5,560 nucleotides of DNA. Source: Octopus sinensis (taxonomy: Eukaryota). The notes under the pieces were generated by a model. It ran no database searches, was not told the origin of the DNA, and saw nothing but the letters and a program-made list of their open reading frames with translations. A program made the translations under genes and the position numbers. Within the stretch, counting starts at the first letter, position 1. Every line of letters starts with the position of its first letter. Below are positions 1-5,560 of the stretch, one piece after another. The stretch covers positions 1 to 5,560 of the forward strand of contig NW_021830027.1 of NCBI RefSeq assembly GCF_006345805.1, read 5' to 3'.

Positions 1-109
1 AGAAGAAGAAGAAGAAGACGAAAAAGAAAAAAAAAAAAGAAGAAGAAGAAGAAGAAGAAGAAGAAGAAGAAAGGGAAAAAGAGATGAAGAAGAAGAGCAA
101 GAAGAAGAA
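1..109. repeat. (GAA)n polypurine microsatellite with A-run interruptions, truncated at the window start
   Basis: Long runs of GAAGAAGAA, an A12 run at 27-38, and almost no pyrimidines on the + strand. Confidence 0.97.
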
Positions 110-127
110 ATGTTTGCGTTGGTGGTG

Positions 128-240
128 ACGATGATGAATGATGATAATGATGATAATGATGATAATGATGATCATCATCATCTTCATCATCACCATCGTC
201 GACGTCGTCGTCGTCGTCGTCGTGTTCGTCATCATCGTAA
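128..240. repeat. Compound trinucleotide microsatellite GAT/AAT to CAT to CGT to CAT
   Basis: (GATGATAAT)x3 at 140-166, then CAT repeats from ~171, (CGT)n at ~197-223 and CAT again. Confidence 0.93.
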
Positions 241-456
241 TCGACAACATAACCAATATTATGAGCAGAAACGCCAAAAACCTAGAATCTTCATTTCTAG
301 GTTCATAAGTAAAACTGGTTTGTGTTTGAAAGTTATTCTCAAAATTAGATTTGGGATTTTTCATAACAAATATTTTTCGCACGTATCCTCTTTACATATC
401 AGAAAAATAGAGATTTAATATTCGCATACACTCACACACATACGAATACACGCTAA

Positions 457-465
457 TACACACAG

Positions 466-499
<34 letters not shown>

Positions 500-540
500 A
501 GACACACACACACGCAGATGCACACAGACACACACACGCA
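457..540. repeat. (CA)n microsatellite with CAGA interruptions
   Basis: Continuous CACACA with interspersed CAGACA and CACGCA. Confidence 0.97.
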
Positions 541-610
541 ATGCATTACGATTAGTGTTTCAGGCAAAAGCGATCTTCAGTTGGAAAGCTATCATATATA
601 TTTATGACTG

Positions 611-611
611 T

Positions 612-680
<69 letters not shown>

Positions 681-950
681 TATATATAGATATATATATA
701 TATGGTATTATATATATATGTATATATAATATTATATGTATTATATATATGTTATATATATATATGTTATATATGTATATAATATATAATATGTAATATA
801 TATTGTATATATATATATATGTATATATATATATGTATATATATATATGTATATATATAGCTATATATATTATATATATATATATATAATCTATCTATAT
901 ACAGTCATATATATATAACATACACGCACACACACTCACATATATATATA
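611..950. repeat. Long imperfect (TA)n tract with TATG/TACA variants and a short CA stretch
   Basis: About 340 bp dominated by TATATA, with TATGTA and TATGTTA interruptions and CA at ~920-940. Confidence 0.97.
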
Positions 951-989
951 TTTTGAAATGGGAATGAGTGCATGTATACGCGTATGCAT

Positions 990-1008
990 ATGTGTGTGTG
1001 TGTGTGAG
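990..1008. repeat. (TG)n microsatellite
   Basis: TGTGTGTGTGTGTGTG read directly. Confidence 0.9.
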
Positions 1009-1375
1009 TATACATTATATATAGCATGGAAGAAATTCGTTTATATAAATCTAATATCTATTCTACAAGTTATATTTGAAATTTCACATCTCGTTTGTAG
1101 ATTAGCAGGTTCCTTTGAGCACTCTCTTACGCACGTAGAAAAGATCTTCCGCACCAACACGCAAACAGACCCATAACATATACACCCAAACACAAATATA
1201 TGTATTCTGTTTCAAGACACGTAACTACACTACATGGTGTATTCCTATTAATCCCGTCGCGCACTGTCCACTAAAGTGCTCAACGAATGCTTAATTATAA
1301 TTATGTGTCGCTACGATTTTAGTTGTGTAGAGTGAAAAAAAAAAAAAAATCAAAGGGAGAATTCAATTCCAACAT

Positions 1376-1570
1376 ACTTTTTGTGTCTTACTTGTTTCAG
1401 TCACTGAACTGGGGCCAAAGTGGGGACACCTCTATGATGGGTTTAGACAAAGAAATCGACCCCAGTACAAACTTTTATCGTTTGCGGAACCGTTAAGTTT
1501 CAAGGACATAAAGGAACGAACACCGGCTGTCTGGCAGTGAGCGATGGACAAGGTGACACAAAGACACGTA
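1376..1570 (-). mobile_element. Degraded 3' portion of an Octopus-type tRNA-derived SINE-like interspersed repeat (family assignment unverified)
   Basis: Colinear motifs TACTTGTTTCAGTCA (1389-1403), AAATCGACCCCAGTAC (1453-1468), GAACCGTTAAGTT (1487-1499), AACACCGGCTGTC (1519-1531) and GACACAAAGACAC (1555-1567), followed by a TA/CA tract. These match in order my recollection of an abundant Octopus repeat. This is recognition from memory, not a database search. Confidence 0.6.
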
Positions 1571-1578
1571 TACAAAGA

Positions 1579-1678
1579 TATATAAATATGTGTATATATA
1601 TATTGGTGTGTGTATGTGTATATTAATACATACGTGTATATAACATATTTTATATATACATACATATATTTCTATGCA

Positions 1679-1716
<38 letters not shown>
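1579..1716. repeat. Imperfect (TA)n/(TG)n tract ending in a pure TA run
   Basis: Mixed TATA/TGTA/TACA followed by uninterrupted TA at ~1683-1714. Confidence 0.93.
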
Positions 1717-1717
<1 letters not shown>

Positions 1718-1775
1718 CCACTCTACTGAACTGATTCTAAATTTAGCTTATATTGTGCCTGTAACATCTTGACCT

Positions 1776-1895
1776 TATTATTACCTTAATAACCTCATTA
1801 ATAACGGTAATAATACATCTTTGTGTGTATATATATATATATATACACAAAGATGTATTATTACCGTTATTAATGAGGTTAATAAGGTAATAATA
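1776..1895. repeat. 120-bp near-perfect palindrome (50-bp complex arms around a 20-bp self-complementary TA core)
   Basis: 1776-1825 (TATTATTACCTTAATAACCTCATTAATAACGGTAATAATACATCTTTGTG) is the reverse complement of 1846-1895 except for A1789/A1882. The core 1826-1845 pairs throughout except for G1827/T1844. Confidence 0.97.
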
Positions 1896-2022
1896 TATAT
1901 ATATAATATATATATATATATGAATATATACATATATATAAATATATATATGAATATATATACATACATATATATATGTATATATATATATGTATGTATG
2001 TTTATATGTATGTATGTATGTG
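1896..2022. repeat. Imperfect (TA)n grading into (TATG)n
   Basis: TATATA with TGAA and TACA interruptions, and TATGTATG at the 3' end. Confidence 0.95.
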
Positions 2023-2100
2023 TAAAAACAAAATCCGACGACTTAAGAGATAAAAATATTCATTTAAAGCCAATTGACCTCCATAAACTTACGGTTGTGT

Positions 2101-2177
2101 CGTGTGTGTGTATATATACATACATACATACATACATATATATTATATATATATATATAGAGAGAGAGAGAGGGAGA
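2101..2177. repeat. Compound microsatellite (TG)-(TA)-(CATA)-(TA)-(GA)
   Basis: Read directly; the AG run is at ~2159-2177. Confidence 0.93.
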
Positions 2178-2486
2178 GGCTTCCACACAGTTTCCCCACA
2201 GTTACAAAATGCACAATATAATACATATGTATGATCCTTCTTCGGCGTATGTCTTTGGCTAAAGAGCGTTAGATTTCATAAATATTATTTGCACCATATT
2301 TTGCAGCCGCCGTGTAATAAGTACTAGCTACGTGTTCTTAACCAGGTTACCATAATTCAGTTGAAATATTCTACATTAGTTCCAAGAAAGTTTGAAAACA
2401 AAGAAGAATTTAATAAAATAATTTTGTCGTAATTAATCTGGTGTTTAGAACATAAATTAACAGGAAATTTATATGAGAGATTTTCG

Positions 2487-2774
2487 TTTAAGAATTTAAG
2501 AATTTAAGAATTTTTAAGAAGTTAAGAATTTTTAAGAATTTAAGAATTTTTAAGAATTTAAGAATTTTTAAGAATTTAAGAATTTTTAAGAATTTAAGAA
2601 TTTTTAAGAATTTTTAAGAATTTAAGAATTTTTAAGACTTTAAGAATTTTTAAGAATTTAAGAATTTAAGAATTTTTAAGAATTTAAGAATTTTTAAGAA
2701 TTTAAGAATTTTTAAGAATTTAAGAATTTTTAAGAATTTAAGAATTTAAGAATTTAAGAATTTTAAAGAATTTT
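2487..2774. repeat. Minisatellite of 32 AAGAA units separated by 3- or 5-nt T spacers (8-bp and 10-bp monomers, mostly an 18-bp dimer)
   Basis: Units start at 2490, 2498, 2506, 2516 ... 2756, 2766. Only three base deviations: G2521, C2638 and A2765. Confidence 0.97.
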
Positions 2775-3063
2775 GTTACCGTATTTCATTTAAAATAGAC
2801 CGACTTTGTTTCAACCAATTTTGGAAATAATGAAATATTTAATATAATCCTTTTGTTATCATTAAGTGGGTGTTTTAGGAGTAAATGAAGGGAAAATGTG
2901 AGTGAAACATGTTGGCGAAAGTTCCTGATTTAGATCTATGGAACGAGTGTATCTCAGACAGACTGACATTAAAAGACGAATGAATGGAAGGACCGAAAAT
3001 TGGTTATTTTGATTCCTATGCAAAGAAAAGAAACTTTGGTGGCAAACGTAACTCAAAGTGTCC

Positions 3064-3064
<1 letters not shown>

Positions 3065-3099
<35 letters not shown>

Positions 3100-3115
3100 T
3101 ACAGACACACACACG
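3065..3115. repeat. (CA)n microsatellite
   Basis: Pure CA at ~3065-3096, then an interrupted CA stretch. Confidence 0.96.
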
Positions 3116-3152
3116 CACTCATCTACACATATGTCCGCATGTGCGTGCGGTT

Positions 3153-3196
<44 letters not shown>

Positions 3197-3474
3197 ACAC
3201 ACGCATATATGTATATATATATAATATGTGTGTGTGTTTGTGTCTATATATATAGTATACATATATACATGTATACACACACACACTCATCTACACATAT
3301 GTCCGCATGTGCGTGCGGTTTTATATATTATATATATATATTATATATATATACACACAACGCATATATATATATATATGCGTGTGTGTTGTGTATATAT
3401 ATATGTAACATTATACAGTGATACACACACACCACATACTCATATACACCATATATCCGCATGTGCGTGCGTTT

Positions 3475-3475
<1 letters not shown>
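3116..3475. repeat. Composite tandem repeat, period 168 then 154 bp, with a conserved core plus TA/TG/CA tracts
   Basis: An identical 38-mer, CACTCATCTACACATATGTCCGCATGTGCGTGCGGTTT, at 3116-3153 and 3284-3321. A diverged third copy lies at ~3437-3475. TCCGCATGTGCGTGCG is exact at 3134, 3302 and 3456. Confidence 0.92.
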
Positions 3476-3515
<40 letters not shown>

Positions 3516-3541
3516 CTATATTACCCAACATATATATATAC

Positions 3542-3580
<39 letters not shown>

Positions 3581-3660
3581 ATATATATATTATATATATA
3601 TATGTACACACACACAACACCCACACACACCACACACACAGACACGACAATATATATAAG
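3476..3660. repeat. (TA)n and (CA)n tracts with a duplicated CCAACA(TA)n unit
   Basis: Pure TA at ~3483-3514 and ~3547-3578, CCAACA at 3525 and 3541, and CA at ~3606-3645. Confidence 0.93.
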
Positions 3661-3819
3661 TGTTCGAACGCATGTATATAAGAGCGTATTGATTCCAAAT
3701 AGATCAAAAGTTTTGTCAGACGGACAAATGATCAGTTTTAAGTAAATCTCCATTCACCAACAAACGTCTCTTGGACTCAGTAAATATTGGTCTTTGTATA
3801 GTCTAGATGTGTCGAACAA

Positions 3820-3916
3820 CATCCATCACCACCACCACCACCACTGCCGCCACAACTTCCACCACCACCACCACAATCATCATCATCATCATCATCATCG
3901 TCGTCATCATCATCAT
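3820..3916. repeat. Compound (ACC)n to (ATC)8(GTC)2(ATC)3 microsatellite
   Basis: CACCACCAC at ~3828-3874 and ATC/GTC at 3876-3916. Confidence 0.95.
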
Positions 3917-3995
3917 TTTTTCAATGAATATACAGCAAGTCGAATGTGATGACGACGTTAACACCTGGAGAAATTCAATGTGGGCGCGCAAAGCG

Positions 3996-4059
3996 GTGAT
4001 GCTGACGACGGTGATGATGATGATGATGATGATGATGACGACGACGACGATGATGACAG

Positions 4060-4092
<33 letters not shown>

Positions 4093-4104
4093 CGACGACG
4101 ATGT

Positions 4105-4137
<33 letters not shown>

Positions 4138-4156
4138 CGACGATGATGACGATGAC
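3996..4156. repeat. (GAT)n/(GAC)n microsatellite
   Basis: (GAT)8(GAC)4(GAT)2 GAC AGT (GAT)10(GAC)3 GAT GTT (GAT)10(GAC)2(GAT)2 GAC GAT GAC from 4013. Confidence 0.97.
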
Positions 4157-4159
4157 AGA

Positions 4160-4592
4160 AGTGTCCAACATATGACAGAAGTATCCATGTTACGACGGAG
4201 CGATGTTCATGTCACAAGATAGAACAGAACTAATGGCACAAGTTATTACTGGGGTATTCTCATCTCACAAAATATGACCGACGCATTCTCATATAACAAG
4301 ATATGGCAGAGTTATTTTTATGCCACAACATACGACAGGGCTATTCTCATGTCACAAGAAATGACGCAGCTATTCTCATATCATAAGATATGGCAGAGTT
4401 ATATCCACGTCATGCGCTATGACGGAGGTATTCTCATGTCACAAGGTATAACAGAGCTATTTTGCCCTTAGAGTATAACGGTGAATTTATATTACATGTG
4501 ACAGAGCTGTTAACATATCGCCATTGATAATGGAGCTATTCTCATGTTACAAAAAATGATGGAGGTATTATATCAGAAACAAATGTTAAGCA
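4160..4592. repeat. Degenerate 29-bp minisatellite, consensus ~GCTATTCTCATGTCACAAGATATGACAGA
   Basis: Monomers in exact 29-bp register at 4253, 4282, 4311, 4340, 4369, 4398, 4427 and 4456, and again at 4506, 4535 and 4564. Another copy is at 4200. Truncated 20-24-nt units lie at 4160, 4180, 4229 and 4485. Confidence 0.9.
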
Positions 4593-4801
4593 CATGACCC
4601 TTGTTATTTTATACCTGATGGTCACGGTAGGCAAGGATCTGACGATGTTGCTTTAAGAATGGAGTGTCAAATCACATACAACAGTCGAAAAACAGTATAT
4701 TAGAGTGAACGACAAAATGGACGTTGCTAAAAATCATTTGACCATAAGCGCACGGAATTTCAGCAGATATAGGGGGTACCAACACAAGAGTAAAAACATC
4801 A

Positions 4802-4861
4802 ACTACTACTACTACTACTACTACTACTACCACTACTGCTGTTGCTGCTGTTGTTGTTGTT
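4802..4861. repeat. Compound (ACT)n to GCT to (GTT)n microsatellite
   Basis: Read directly. Confidence 0.95.
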
Positions 4862-5053
4862 AAGCAACAAGACGGGTAAGGGTGATTAGGTGATGGTCTA
4901 GGGCTTAGGGGCGGGAGACCCCAGACCTTGGGGAAAAAAAAAACTTTGGTTGCCTTACTGTAGTCGAGGGCTCTTCGTTGACTCCCGACACCACTGGGAG
5001 TTGGCCCTCGAAGTCGCTGGAAATGGAGATCTCCAGATCCAAATTCTTGGACG

Positions 5054-5092
5054 GCTGCTGCTGCTGCCCCACTACTACTACTACTACTACTA

Positions 5093-5126
<34 letters not shown>

Positions 5127-5127
5127 G

Positions 5128-5171
<44 letters not shown>

Positions 5172-5177
5172 GCTACT
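5054..5177. repeat. (GCT)4 followed by a long (ACT)n with a 1-bp register shift
   Basis: ACT x7 from 5071, AC at 5092-5093, then ACT to ~5177 with GCT at 5127 and 5172. Confidence 0.97.
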
Positions 5178-5496
5178 AATTTTGTGAAAACCGTTGTCGC
5201 CATTACCTTGTCATCATGTGACGAAAATATGAATTTATAAAAATCTGGAACCGACATAATGTAATCATAGCTTCACAGAAACAACAGAAAAAAAAAAGAC
5301 AGGATGGCCAGAATTGGAATACATTTGACGTACAGTCTGCTGGATTACAGAGGTCGGGCTGGGGTTAATCAATAGCTATCACACCGCCATTTCTGTTGGC
5401 TGTCTTCGAAAACATATTTGGAGAAAAGCAAGCAGAACCTAAAAACAAAATGGACACAGAATAAACAGCTTTGTGTTGAAAGCGTCTGCTCACGTG

Positions 5497-5560
5497 TCTT
5501 TTATCTATCTCCTGTTTCTTCTTCTCGTCTTTCTCTTCTTCTTCTTCTTTCTTCTTCTTC
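5497..5560. repeat. Polypyrimidine (TTC)n tract, truncated at the window end
   Basis: CTTCTTCTT repeats with TCTC and CGTC interruptions. Confidence 0.93.

Noticed and set aside
110-418. 102-aa ORF with Asp/Asn, His and Arg blocks
   Set aside because: The blocks are direct translations of GAT, CAT and CGT microsatellites. The remainder has no recognisable domain.
972-989. Short palindromes ATGTATACGCGTATGCAT (972-989, one G.T) and TATGCATGCATA (1673-1684)
   Set aside because: Alternating purine-pyrimidine DNA derived from TA/CA/TG repeats produces such dyads readily.
2181-2202. 11-bp tandem duplication TTCCACACAGT / TTCCCCACAGT
   Set aside because: Only two copies with one mismatch, too small to interpret.
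2984-3064. Non-repeat N-terminus MEGPKIGYFDSYAKKRNFGGKRNSKCP
   Set aside because: It is short, has an in-frame TGA immediately upstream, runs into (CA)n and has no recognisable homology.
958-3753. Numerous YI/HT/CV-rich ORFs on both strands
   Set aside because: TA, CA and TG dinucleotide tracts lack stop codons, so these are translation artifacts.
3056-4170. Identical 12-mer AAGTGTCCAACA at 3056-3067 and 4159-4170 as a possible target-site duplication
   Set aside because: About one 12-bp match is expected by chance in 5.5 kb, and nothing element-like lies between the two copies.
3803-4222. Four overlapping ORFs (poly-Met/Ile/Thr, poly-Ser, and poly-Asp MGAQSGDADD...) suggesting a bidirectional gene or an Asp-rich biomineralisation protein
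   Set aside because: GAT/CAT repeats have a stop in only one of six frames, so stacked ORFs are expected. The poly-Asp ORF has no signal peptide or non-repeat domain.
4200-4592. 29-bp repeats as a CRISPR array or a decayed C2H2 zinc-finger array
   Set aside because: The units are head-to-tail and degenerate, with no unique spacers and no cas genes. The period is 29/87 bp, not the 84 bp of C2H2 arrays, and no Cys/His pattern is seen.
4950-5240. ORFs with poly-Tyr, poly-Thr and poly-Leu
   Set aside because: These are readings of the (ACT)n tract, with the frame switch caused by the 1-bp shift at ~5092-5094.
5460-5465. AATAAA as a polyadenylation signal; A-runs at 1335-1349 and 4934-4943 as retrocopy tails
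   Set aside because: There is no upstream gene or target-site duplication, and these are common in AT-rich DNA.

Overview
AT-rich, microsatellite-saturated eukaryotic non-coding DNA (intronic or intergenic). I find no supportable protein-coding gene, RNA gene or CRISPR array; almost all listed ORFs are translations of TA, CA, GAT/CAT or ACT tracts. A degraded segment at ~1376-1570, plus a short piece at 2178-2195, resembles from memory an abundant Octopus SINE-type repeat, so a cephalopod origin is likely but unverified. The most notable structures are: (1) a 120-bp palindrome with only 2 mismatches, centred on (TA)n with no spacer, whose arms each carry a nested 10-bp inverted repeat (1776-1895); (2) an AAGAA array with spacers of strictly 3 or 5 nt (2487-2774); (3) a ~160-bp composite repeat with a conserved non-microsatellite core (3116-3475); (4) a 29-bp minisatellite with an 87-bp higher-order unit (4200-4590); (5) a GC-rich, hairpin-forming island between two (ACT)n tracts (4862-5070). 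I do not see a coherent new gene system. The interest lies in repeat architecture and DNA/RNA secondary structure.
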